From a virus (Duplodnaviria > Caudoviricetes): a stretch of DNA of 25,399 nucleotides. The DNA lies in the IMG/VR virus record IMGVR_UViG_3300017766_000636, positions 1 through 25,399 of that record; one strand, 5' to 3'. A model generated the notes under the pieces. The model made no database searches. It was not told the DNA's origin and was given only the letters and a program-made list of their open reading frames with translations. Made by a program: the position numbers and the translations under genes. Of this stretch, positions 1-8,835 are shown in pieces. The stretch's first letter is position 1. Each line of letters starts with the position of its first letter.

Positions 1-26
1 CGGTCGGCGAACAGGAGTGAAGCGTA

Positions 27-1229
27 ATGCCTATTTATAATGATGTGTTCGGTGGCGCAAACATTTACCCGAGCGAGATCAGCTACAGCTCTCTAACGCT
101 GACAGCAGACGTAACGCTCAGCTGGCCTATAGAAACGTCTACTAGTAATAATCTAGCGACGCGCATCATTAACATGTCTGCCGCTTCTGCCGGACGCAGC
201 GTGTACCTGCCGGACGCAAGCAAAACCGGCACCGGTCAGACAATCCTGTTTAACAACACTGGCGCACAAACTATCACGGTGCGTAACGCTGGGGGCACAC
301 AGGTTGTCACGGTTGCGGCGGGAACGCTGTGGCAGATCTACCTAACGGACAACAGTACCGTTAACGGCACGTGGTCAATTCTGCAGTACGGGGCAACCAC
401 TTCTACCGCTAACGCTTCGGCGCTGGCTGGGACAGGGATTGTGGCTGTGGGCACAGTGCTGAGTCAGTCTGTGCCGATTACCAACTTTAACACAGACTAC
501 ACGGCGGGCGTCACCGACCGCGCCAAGATGTTCGTGTGGACTGGCACGGGCGGGGGAACGCTGACACTACCCTCTGCACCCACGATGGGCGATAACTGGT
601 TCCTGTGCTTCCGCAACGGCGGGGGTGGTTCTGTCGTAGTAGACCCGTCAGGTACTCCGCTTATCAACGGCGCGGCGACTTTGAGCTTTAGCCCAGGCGA
701 CTCTGCAATCATTGCCACCGACGGAGTAGACTACTTCACAATCGGCTTCGGCCAGTCTGCCACGTTTGCGTTTGACTACACCTCAATCGCCGTTCCCGGC
801 ACGGGCAACTATACGCTGACGGGATCTGAGCTAAACCGGATTGCGTACAACTTTACCGGGATTCTAACGGGTAACCGCGTAATTATCGTCCCTGCAACTG
901 TCCAGCAGTATTGGGTGAGCAACGCCACCACAGGCGCGTACACGCTGACTGTAAAAACGTCTGCCGGCACCGGCGTGGTGGTCGCTACTGGGGCTAGAGC
1001 CATTCTTTACAGTGACGGCACCAATGTGGTGGACGCAGACACAAGCACGGTGTCTGTGCCGATCTCAATTGCTGACGGAGGCACGGGGGCTACAACCGCT
1101 GCCGGTGCGCGGATCAACCTAGGCTCTACGGCTACGGGCGATGCTATTTTCATTGCCGCAACTCAGCAGGCAGCATGGACAGCGCTGGGGATTGCTCCTG
1201 CAGGCGTGGTTAACGGCGGGACATTCTGA
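27..1229 (+). CDS. Phage tail/tail-fibre-associated structural protein (400 aa)
   Basis: AGGAG RBS upstream of the ATG. T/G/A/V-rich beta-type composition with three related modules (VYLPDASKTG..NNTGAQTITV; LTLPSAPTMG..RNGGGGSVVV; IIVPATVQQYWVSNATTGAYTLTV). C-terminal IADGGTGATTAAGARINLG is a common tail-fibre motif. Stop overlaps the next start (TGATG). Confidence 0.7.
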   Translation: MPIYNDVFGGANIYPSEISYSSLTLTADVTLSWPIETSTSNNLATRIINMSAASAGRSVYLPDASKTGTGQTILFNNTGAQTITVRNAGGTQVVTVAAGTLWQIYLTDNSTVNGTWSILQYGATTSTANASALAGTGIVAVGTVLSQSVPITNFNTDYTAGVTDRAKMFVWTGTGGGTLTLPSAPTMGDNWFLCFRNGGGGSVVVDPSGTPLINGAATLSFSPGDSAIIATDGVDYFTIGFGQSATFAFDYTSIAVPGTGNYTLTGSELNRIAYNFTGILTGNRVIIVPATVQQYWVSNATTGAYTLTVKTSAGTGVVVATGARAILYSDGTNVVDADTSTVSVPISIADGGTGATTAAGARINLGSTATGDAIFIAATQQAAWTALGIAPAGVVNGGTF

Positions 1230-3064
1230 TGCCCAAAAGCACCTTAGTATTAAAATCTCTTCCCGGTATTAAGCGGGACGGCACTAAATTCGAAGGTGAT
1301 TTTTATACTGATGGGCAATGGGTCAGGTTTCAGCGCGGGTTGCCGAGAAAGATAGGCGGCTACCGTTCAATCAACAAGTACCTGACAGAGATCTCTCGCG
1401 GCTTCAATAGCTTTACTCAGCAGGGTCTGCAGTATTGCCACTCTGCTGGTGCGTCAACTGTTGAGCGGTTTACGATAGACAGCACTAAAAACAGTTCGGT
1501 CATCAGCTCTAGAACGCCTGTCGGTGTAGCGGCGACCGGCACGGTCACTTTAACTGGCGGCGCTGCTGGATCGGTTAACAGTATCACGGTCAACGGTGTG
1601 ACTATCACATCAGGCTCCGTTGCATTTACGACTGACCTGCCTACAACCGCAACCGCTGTTGCAGCGAATATTACCGCCTTTACATCTACGCCCAACTACT
1701 CGGCGGTGGCCGTCGGCGCGGTGATCACTATCACGGCTGCGACTGTTGGCCAGGGCACGAACGGGTTTGTAGTGGTGGCCAGTACAACAACTATCACTAC
1801 CACTGTGACTAATATGGCTGGGGGCTTAAACGCACTGGTCAGTTCTGCTGACAACCAGTGGATGTTCCAGACAGCGTATGACGCATCAACTACTGATAAC
1901 TCTATCATTGCGCACGTCGCCCCCAACCTGCAGTGCGTGTGTAATGACACCGGCGGGCAGATATTTTACGGTAACGTGCTCGGCACTGCGCCTTTGATAG
2001 AGATCCCGTTACCGGCGGGCGCTAATGTAACAGGCGGCATCGTGATGCTCTTCCCCTATCTGTTTTACTACGGTACGGCGGGGATTGTGGGCTGGTCTGT
2101 TGCGGGCGACTTTACCGACCTGAGCGGTCTTGGCTCTGGCATTGCCCGAGTCTGGGGGCAAAAGATCGTCAAGGGTATGCCGCTGCGAGCAGGCTCCGGA
2201 ACCGCGCCTGCGGGGGTGTTCTGGGCTTACGACGCTGTAATTCGCGCCACGTTCACCGGCGGCACAACCGTGTTCCAGTTCGACGTTATCGCTACTGACA
2301 CGTCTATCATGTCACCCGACTGCGTTGTGGACTACGACGGCGTGTTCTTTTGGTGCGGCGTTGACCGCTTCTTGATGTTCAATGGTGTGGTGCGTGAAGT
2401 GCCCAACCAGCTTAATCTTAACTACTTCTTTGACAACATCAACGAAAGTCAACGCAGTAAAGTGTTCGCATTTAAAGTCCCACACTTTGGCGAAATCTGG
2501 TGGTGCTATCCGCGTGATGACGCAACCGAATGCACGCACGCGATTATTTACAACGTGCGTGAGAACTCTTGGTACGACACAGCCCTACCTGAGTCTGGAC
2601 GCGCCTCGGGCGGCTACAACAACGGCTTTGCTGCACCCCTGCTGACAGACTGCGTTACCACGGCTAGCGGTTACCGCGTGTGGATACAAGAGCAGGGTGT
2701 TGACGAGATAGAAGGGCAAACGGCTTCGCCTATAGAATCCTATTTTGAGACTGCAGACCTGTCCTCGCTGCCCCAGGGTAAGAATGAGTACTTGAGGATC
2801 ACTGAGATTGAGCCGGACTTCATCCAGGCTGGCCCTATGACTGTGCAAGTCACGGGCAGAGCCAACGCCCGAGCGCCCGAGGTGTATAGCAGCGAGTTCT
2901 CATTCCCTGAATCGGCCACTGAACCGTATCAACAAATAGTCATGCTTAAAGAGCAGCGCAGAGAGCTGCGTGTGCGTTTCCAGTCGAACGCCGTAGGCGG
3001 TGACTACCAAATGGGCCAGATTATCGGACACATCGATTCCGGCGATAAGACGGTGTTGGGATGA
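1229..3064 (+). CDS. Podovirus tail nozzle / packaged-DNA stabilisation-type protein (P22 gp10 / tail tubular B-like, 611 aa)
   Basis: N-terminal PGIKRDGT..DGQWVRF..GLPRKIGG and internal FGEIWWCYP..YNVRENSWY motifs recognised from podovirus nozzle proteins. Size and position just before the internal virion genes agree. Confidence 0.7.
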   Translation: MPKSTLVLKSLPGIKRDGTKFEGDFYTDGQWVRFQRGLPRKIGGYRSINKYLTEISRGFNSFTQQGLQYCHSAGASTVERFTIDSTKNSSVISSRTPVGVAATGTVTLTGGAAGSVNSITVNGVTITSGSVAFTTDLPTTATAVAANITAFTSTPNYSAVAVGAVITITAATVGQGTNGFVVVASTTTITTTVTNMAGGLNALVSSADNQWMFQTAYDASTTDNSIIAHVAPNLQCVCNDTGGQIFYGNVLGTAPLIEIPLPAGANVTGGIVMLFPYLFYYGTAGIVGWSVAGDFTDLSGLGSGIARVWGQKIVKGMPLRAGSGTAPAGVFWAYDAVIRATFTGGTTVFQFDVIATDTSIMSPDCVVDYDGVFFWCGVDRFLMFNGVVREVPNQLNLNYFFDNINESQRSKVFAFKVPHFGEIWWCYPRDDATECTHAIIYNVRENSWYDTALPESGRASGGYNNGFAAPLLTDCVTTASGYRVWIQEQGVDEIEGQTASPIESYFETADLSSLPQGKNEYLRITEIEPDFIQAGPMTVQVTGRANARAPEVYSSEFSFPESATEPYQQIVMLKEQRRELRVRFQSNAVGGDYQMGQIIGHIDSGDKTVLG

Positions 3065-3294
3065 GTATACGCATTACACTACCTACGGGGTTGGGGCTGC
3101 GAGACTGGGCTGACCAAATATCGCTTGACTTGGACTCTTACGGCGCGTTCGGTCGTCTGGACGTAGAAGAGAATTGGCAGAGCTGGGCAATGCAATTTTT
3201 GAATAACACGAGTTTGAAAGAAAACTTCCCCCTACCCTACCAGTTTGAAGATTGGCGGGACTGGGCTGAAAGATTCTGTCAAGCGGCTGAATAA
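3061..3294 (+). CDS. Hypothetical Trp-rich protein (77 aa), probably virion-associated
   Basis: ATGA overlap with the upstream gene; fills the gap in the structural operon. Confidence 0.7.
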   Translation: MSIRITLPTGLGLRDWADQISLDLDSYGAFGRLDVEENWQSWAMQFLNNTSLKENFPLPYQFEDWRDWAERFCQAAE

Positions 3295-3306
3295 TTCGGA
3301 GCACTA

Positions 3307-5091
3307 ATGGACAAGCAGCAGATTTTAGAGATGGCAAAAGCAGACCCCCGGTTCTCTCAAGCGGTGTTGACCCTTGAGAACCAAATTGGCGACATGCCGA
3401 TCACGGGTGAAAATCTGGACGAACTGGTTGAGATGTTAGAGTTCGCTCTGAACAACCCCGATCAGTACCCGCAAATTGTTGCCGCTGCTGTGAGTGACGA
3501 CATGGTGGATCCAGGCGATTTACCTGAGCAATTCGACCAAGTGGCTATAATCTCTCTGCTTGTCCTGCTCTACGGTATGCAGGAGAGAAACAAGCGGAAG
3601 GGTTTTGCGCGGGGCGGCTTAGCGTCTCTGGGTCGCCACGGCGACACGATGATGGCGCACATTAACCCGCGTGAAGCTGAGATGCTCAAGCGCATGGGCG
3701 GTGGCGGTACTATCAATCCTAACACAGGCTACCCCGAATACTTTTCACTTAAGAAGTTCTTGAAAGCCGCGCTACCTATCGCGTTGACTTTTCTTGCCCC
3801 TGGCTTGGGCACCGCGATTGGTTCGTTTTTAGGTGCTAGCGGTGTTGGAGCTTCTGTACTGGGCGGCGCTATCCTCGGTGGTGTGACCAGCGCAGCAACC
3901 GGAGGAGACTGGAAAAGGGGTGCTCTCATGGGCGGGTTGGGCGGTGGCGCTGGCAATTATGTCGGCGGCGCTGCAAACCGAGCCATGAACCTGGGGCTAG
4001 GGCAGACAGGACAAGCCGTGCTTGGCGGCGCTTTGGTGGGCGGCATAGGCGGCGAGATTACCGGCGAAGGGTTCGGTAAGGGTGCGCTGCAGGGCGGTAT
4101 AGGCGGCGGGATAGGGCAGGTGGCCGGTGGCGTGTCTGGACCAACCGCGCTTAGGCAGGGTGTCTCTACCGCAGGGCAGACGTTCGGTAACGCGCTGACA
4201 GCGGGTTACGATCCTGAGACTGCAGCTTCGCTCGGCGCTCTGTCCGGAATAGCGACTGGTCTTACGTATAAACCGTCCGACGCTGTGGTGCAAAATCTTC
4301 AGTCTGGTACAGACTACGAGGCCACCACTTATCCTGGCGTAGACACCGGAGCCGGAATTACTAGGAGACCAATTGGTCAACCTTCTACAGACTTTAGGTT
4401 CTACGAGAACCCCGGCGTTGCTCCTATGACTGGGTCGGTCTCTTATCCGGCAGTAAATACCGGAGCGGGCATTACTAGGGAACCAATGGCAGAACCGTCT
4501 TTCTGGGAAAAGATCACCGGCGGTGGTGATACCGGGGCGGGTGAAGGCGGCGGCACAGGTCTCACGGCAGGTAAAGTGCTGGGCGGGTTAAGTGTTTTAT
4601 CCGCACTGCAAGGTGCTCCTGAACCCGTACAGCAAGCGGTGCAGCAGATGTCTCCAGCGCAGCAAGAGTACTTTAATCGCCCCTCCGTGACGTGGGACTG
4701 GAATAAATTACAAACAGATGCCAACGCAAGTAACCTGAGCCTTAACCAATACATGGCCAGAAACTGGCCGAGAATTACCGGTGGAGAATACAATGCGCAG
4801 CCTGCACAACCTGCGCTAGCCCGTGGCGGTCCTCTGTCTGCGATTGCCAGGTTTGCCCAAGGCGCGGGTTCGGGTCGAGCCGATACCATTGACGCAAAGC
4901 TCTCCGACGGAGAATACGTGATAGACGCAGAAACCGTAGCCATGCTGGGTGACGGCTCAAGTAAGGAAGGCGCACGGCGACTAGAAGAGATGCGCCGGGG
5001 CATCCGTGCTCAAAAAGGCAAGGCATTGGCGCGGGGCAAAATAAGCCCTAACGCTAAGTCTCCTCTCAGCTACATAAAAGGTATCGCATAA
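3307..5091 (+). CDS. Internal virion / DNA-ejection protein, Gly-rich (594 aa)
   Basis: GGAG RBS. Motifs GRHGDTMMAHINPREAEMLKRMGGGGTINPNTGYPEYF and GSGRADTIDAKLSDGEYVIDAETV resemble phage internal/tape-measure-like proteins. Long Gly-rich hydrophobic middle. Sits after the nozzle gene. Confidence 0.6.
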   Translation: MDKQQILEMAKADPRFSQAVLTLENQIGDMPITGENLDELVEMLEFALNNPDQYPQIVAAAVSDDMVDPGDLPEQFDQVAIISLLVLLYGMQERNKRKGFARGGLASLGRHGDTMMAHINPREAEMLKRMGGGGTINPNTGYPEYFSLKKFLKAALPIALTFLAPGLGTAIGSFLGASGVGASVLGGAILGGVTSAATGGDWKRGALMGGLGGGAGNYVGGAANRAMNLGLGQTGQAVLGGALVGGIGGEITGEGFGKGALQGGIGGGIGQVAGGVSGPTALRQGVSTAGQTFGNALTAGYDPETAASLGALSGIATGLTYKPSDAVVQNLQSGTDYEATTYPGVDTGAGITRRPIGQPSTDFRFYENPGVAPMTGSVSYPAVNTGAGITREPMAEPSFWEKITGGGDTGAGEGGGTGLTAGKVLGGLSVLSALQGAPEPVQQAVQQMSPAQQEYFNRPSVTWDWNKLQTDANASNLSLNQYMARNWPRITGGEYNAQPAQPALARGGPLSAIARFAQGAGSGRADTIDAKLSDGEYVIDAETVAMLGDGSSKEGARRLEEMRRGIRAQKGKALARGKISPNAKSPLSYIKGIA

Positions 5092-6749
5092 TGGGCAGCT
5101 TATTCCAAGGGTCTCCGCAAACCGCTACAGACTACGCAACGTCCACGTCAGAGACGCCCAAGTGGATGCAGGATGCGATTTACAACCAAATCCAAGTAGC
5201 GCAGAACTTAGCTAACCGACCGTACGAGTCGTACGACATGCCTACTGTGGCTGAGCTATCACCGCTACAGCAGCAGGCGTACAAACAGGTACAGACTAAC
5301 CAGGGAGTATGGCAACCGGGCATGAACGTTGCTCAAGCCGGTATGCAGGGTATGACTACTGCGGGCACAGCAGACGCTTTAAAAACCGCGCAAAACCAAT
5401 ACCTGCGCCAAGGTCTTGTAGACCAAAACCTGAACGCTGGCCAAAACTATTTTAATCGAGCAGGGCAGCTAGACATTGTTGGAGCCGCACAAGGCGCTCT
5501 GACGCAAGCCGGTCAGCAGAACATCATGGGCGCGGCACAACCCTATTTGAGTCAGGCTGGTACTGCTGCGGGCAACATTTACGGAGCAGCGCAACCGTAC
5601 ATGAGTCAAGCCGGTACTGCTGCGGGCAACATTTACGGAGCAGCGCAACCGTACATGAGCCAAGCTGGAGCAACCACCGCACAGGCGTTGTCTGACCGCG
5701 CTCTAAACGCAGCTAACCCGTACCTTCAAGCCGCGTCTCGGTCATCTGCCCAAGGTATTGAACAATATATGAGTCCGTACCAAACAGGTGCGATGGACTT
5801 ACTGGCTAAACAAGGAGCGCGTAATCTTTCTGAAAATCTGCTGCCCGCCGTGTCTGACTCGTTCATCCGAGCCGGTCAGTTTGGTGGTAGCCGCATGGGT
5901 GAGTTTGGTAGCCGCGCTTTGCGCGACACTCAGGCATCAATTCTCAGTCAGCAGGCGCAGCTGGCTAACCAAGGGTACGGGCAAGCTCTCGCCGCTTCTC
6001 AGGCAGATCTAGCACGTCAGGCGCAGTTGGCTGGTACGGTGGGTAGCATTTCAGGAGCAGATCTATCTCGCGTCCTGCAGGGCGGCGCGCAGTACGGTAA
6101 CCTCGGTCAGACGCAGGGTCAACTAACAGCTCAGCAGGCGTCTGCACTAGGAAACCTGGGTCAGACTGCTGGTCAGTTGACCGCTCAGCAGGCTTCTGCA
6201 TTGGGTAACCTTGGTCAGACTGCTGGTCAGCTAACGGGGCAGCAGCAATCTAATTTGATCAACTTGGGTCAGACTCAGGGTCAGCTCACCGGTCAGCAAA
6301 TGTCGCAGCTGGGTAACCTAGGGCAGATGCAAACCGCTGCGGGGCAGGCACAACAACAGTTCGGTCTGAGCGCGGCGCAGGCGGCGCAGCAGGCTCAGGC
6401 GCAAGACTACCAGCGCCAGATGGGTGCGCTTTCAAATGTTGCAGGGCTGGCTCAAGAGCAGCAGCGGATGGGTTACGTGGACAGTGCGGCGCTAGAAGCC
6501 GCTGGCGGCGCTCAACAGCAGCAGGCGCAACAACAACTTAATGCAGCGCAACAGCAGTTCCAGAACGAGCAGCTGTTCCCGCAGCAGCAGATGGACTGGC
6601 TCAGCACTCAAGTGCGCGGCATGGCACCGATAACACCGCAAAGGCAAACCCAAACTGGCGGGTCAAGCGGTAACACATATTCGGCTTCGCCGCTGTCACA
6701 ACTGGCGTCAGGGCTGTACACATACAAAGGCATGAACGAATTCGGTTAA
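5091..6749 (+). CDS. Internal virion / DNA-ejection protein, Gln/Ala/Gly-rich with 18-aa repeats (552 aa)
   Basis: TAATG coupling to the upstream gene; Q/A/G-rich helical composition; two 18-aa repeat arrays. Confidence 0.6.
   Translation: MGSLFQGSPQTATDYATSTSETPKWMQDAIYNQIQVAQNLANRPYESYDMPTVAELSPLQQQAYKQVQTNQGVWQPGMNVAQAGMQGMTTAGTADALKTAQNQYLRQGLVDQNLNAGQNYFNRAGQLDIVGAAQGALTQAGQQNIMGAAQPYLSQAGTAAGNIYGAAQPYMSQAGTAAGNIYGAAQPYMSQAGATTAQALSDRALNAANPYLQAASRSSAQGIEQYMSPYQTGAMDLLAKQGARNLSENLLPAVSDSFIRAGQFGGSRMGEFGSRALRDTQASILSQQAQLANQGYGQALAASQADLARQAQLAGTVGSISGADLSRVLQGGAQYGNLGQTQGQLTAQQASALGNLGQTAGQLTAQQASALGNLGQTAGQLTGQQQSNLINLGQTQGQLTGQQMSQLGNLGQMQTAAGQAQQQFGLSAAQAAQQAQAQDYQRQMGALSNVAGLAQEQQRMGYVDSAALEAAGGAQQQQAQQQLNAAQQQFQNEQLFPQQQMDWLSTQVRGMAPITPQRQTQTGGSSGNTYSASPLSQLASGLYTYKGMNEFG
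5559..5666 (+). repeat. Tandem 54-bp in-frame duplication (GTAAGNIYGAAQPYMSQA x2)
   Basis: ggtactgctgcgggcaacatttacggagcagcgcaaccgtacatgag is identical at 5559 and 5613; degenerate copies precede it. Confidence 0.95.
6096..6332 (+). repeat. Degenerate 54-bp tandem array (GNLGQTxGQLTxQQxSxL, about 4.4 units)
   Basis: Units start at 6096, 6150, 6204, 6258 and 6312; protein-level identity is high while codons have diverged synonymously. Confidence 0.9.
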
Positions 6750-6759
6750 GGAGCAAGAA

Positions 6760-8835
6760 ATGGGATACGAACTGAAAAAACTCATGGGTCAATTCGGCGT
6801 TAGCACGCCGGGTATGGTCAACTATTCCGGAGCAGCTGCCCCCGGAAAAGCCCCTGATGCGGGGGCTACTCAGGCTGACAAAGACGCTTTTGATGAGTCA
6901 GTACGTAAGTACAACCTCGACAATAAATCGTATGACATATACAAAAAAGAGTACGAAAACCGTCTGCAGAATTCACCCGGCATGTATTCTCAACCACAAT
7001 TCAACACGGCATCAAGCGCGCCTTCCACCGCGTACTCGTACTCGCCAATGGCGCAAAGAGTTAATGCGCCTGGGGGTATTGGGATTGATCAAGCCAACCG
7101 AGACATTCAAAACTGGTTTGCCAGCAACCCCGGTGCTACACCGTCGGAAAGGGCGGCAATACAACAAAAATACGGCGTGAGTGATCGTGATACTCGTAAC
7201 GCGATGGGCACAGCGTTTAATCCGGATAGAGGTATGACAGCTTCCGTCATGCCACTGGAACGCACACCGTTGAAGGCTCCTACGTACGGCGCGGTAGGAC
7301 TCAATGCGCAACTTATGTCTGACGCAGACCGGCAGGCGTACTACAACAGCCAGCGCAAGATCGGCTACACGATGGGCGACCTGAAAGCTAACGCTGAAAA
7401 AACATTCGGCGTTGGTTCAGTGACTGACCCCAACTGGCACGGATGGGAAAGCCAGTACAACCCAGCTTACGTACCGACTGCCAGCCCCGTCGTAGCGACC
7501 GGATCTGCCCCGCCAGTCACAACGACTACGGAAACTGCCGCTACGAACACCGCCGATGCAAGCGACGACGGCCAGTATTTCGATCCGAACAACCCATACT
7601 GGGCGTACTCGCATGGTGGTGCGGTGAAGACGCATTACCAAACCGCTGGGCGCGTTTCGCTGCCAAGCGGCTATGTTGAGGAAGAAGATATCATACCTCC
7701 TACGACTGTCATGCCTCCTGCGACTGTCATGCCTCCTGCGGTAGCTGCGGCTCCCAATGATCGTATGGCTGATCTACAAACCATGTTAGCGGCTTATGGT
7801 CCTTCAGAAAGCATTTACGCAGAAGAGCTTAAGACCTCTCGTGATAGAGCGCAGCAAGAGAGCGACGCTTTTGCCGAAATGCTCAGTGGCGCTATGTCGT
7901 CTCCGGAAAGTGACAGTAACTCAAAAGCGGAGCTGTACTTCCGACTGGCGTCGGCTTTCGGTGCACCTACTAAAACGGGTCAGTTCAGTGAGAACATTGG
8001 GCTGGTCGGCAAAGAGATGTCTGAGTACGCCAAAGACAGACGAGCCTCTAGCCAAGACCGGTTGAACCTAGCTCTCAAAGCGCAAGAGTTGAAGATGGAC
8101 GCGGCTAAAGAAGATTTGAGTACGCTACGCTCGTTAGCTGCAGAGGAGATGAGAGACAAGCGCGCCATAGGTACAGAGATGATCAAAGAGTACGTAGCGT
8201 CAGGTAAGCCCCAGTCTAACGCCGGTCAACAAGCGCGGGATGAAGGGCTGCAGATGGGGACTCCCGAATTCGCTGCTCGAGTTCAAGAATTAGCTCAAAT
8301 TGACATTGACAGACAGATACAAATGACCCAGCTGCAGCTTGATAACCTAAGCCTGCGAAGCGAGAGACAACAGCAGCTGAGTCCTACCGAAATTGCTCTC
8401 AAAACAAAAACAGAAGACAATGTCGGCAGTTTAACCACAGCTTTGAATAATCTCTCCCAAGCGTATGCGCTTAATCCCAACAGTTTAGATGGAGGATGGA
8501 TAGGAAAAACGCGGCAATTTTTAGGAAATATATCTAGCAGTGACGACCCTATCTATGTTAACACTAGGCAGATAGACAACCTGCTCGGCTCTCAAGCGCT
8601 AGAACTATTGAGAGCTACTTTTGGGGGCGCTCCGACGGAAGGAGAGCGGGCTATCTTGCTAGAACTGCAAGGTATCGGGTCTGCAACAAAAGAAGACCGC
8701 GCAAAAATCATGATGCGAGCTTACGAAGAAATTCAGAAGAGTTTAGCTAGAGAGCAAGGTCGTCTTGAGCAGATCAACTCCGGGGCTTACCGTATGACAA
8801 CTCCCCCCGCAACAATAGACGGAGGCATAGAATAA
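6760..8835 (+). CDS. Internal virion / DNA-ejection protein (691 aa)
   Basis: AAGGAG RBS. Low-complexity P/T/A linker followed by a helical C-terminal half (LRATFGGAPTEGERAIL). Position in the ejection-protein block. Confidence 0.55.
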   Translation: MGYELKKLMGQFGVSTPGMVNYSGAAAPGKAPDAGATQADKDAFDESVRKYNLDNKSYDIYKKEYENRLQNSPGMYSQPQFNTASSAPSTAYSYSPMAQRVNAPGGIGIDQANRDIQNWFASNPGATPSERAAIQQKYGVSDRDTRNAMGTAFNPDRGMTASVMPLERTPLKAPTYGAVGLNAQLMSDADRQAYYNSQRKIGYTMGDLKANAEKTFGVGSVTDPNWHGWESQYNPAYVPTASPVVATGSAPPVTTTTETAATNTADASDDGQYFDPNNPYWAYSHGGAVKTHYQTAGRVSLPSGYVEEEDIIPPTTVMPPATVMPPAVAAAPNDRMADLQTMLAAYGPSESIYAEELKTSRDRAQQESDAFAEMLSGAMSSPESDSNSKAELYFRLASAFGAPTKTGQFSENIGLVGKEMSEYAKDRRASSQDRLNLALKAQELKMDAAKEDLSTLRSLAAEEMRDKRAIGTEMIKEYVASGKPQSNAGQQARDEGLQMGTPEFAARVQELAQIDIDRQIQMTQLQLDNLSLRSERQQQLSPTEIALKTKTEDNVGSLTTALNNLSQAYALNPNSLDGGWIGKTRQFLGNISSSDDPIYVNTRQIDNLLGSQALELLRATFGGAPTEGERAILLELQGIGSATKEDRAKIMMRAYEEIQKSLAREQGRLEQINSGAYRMTTPPATIDGGIE
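7696..7740 (+). repeat. 18-bp tandem repeat, 2.5 copies (PPTTVM PPATVM PPA)
   Basis: cctcctacgactgtcatg cctcctgcgactgtcatg cctcctgcg. Confidence 0.9.

Noticed and set aside
4443-5003. 186-aa minus-strand ORF (and the similar 185-aa ORF at 10283-10840)
   Set aside because: Antisense shadows of Gly/Ala-rich genes, with mirrored Pro/Ser/Ala-rich composition.
5559-5666. Direct repeats as a possible CRISPR array
   Set aside because: Repeats are contiguous, in-frame 54-bp coding units with no unique spacers.
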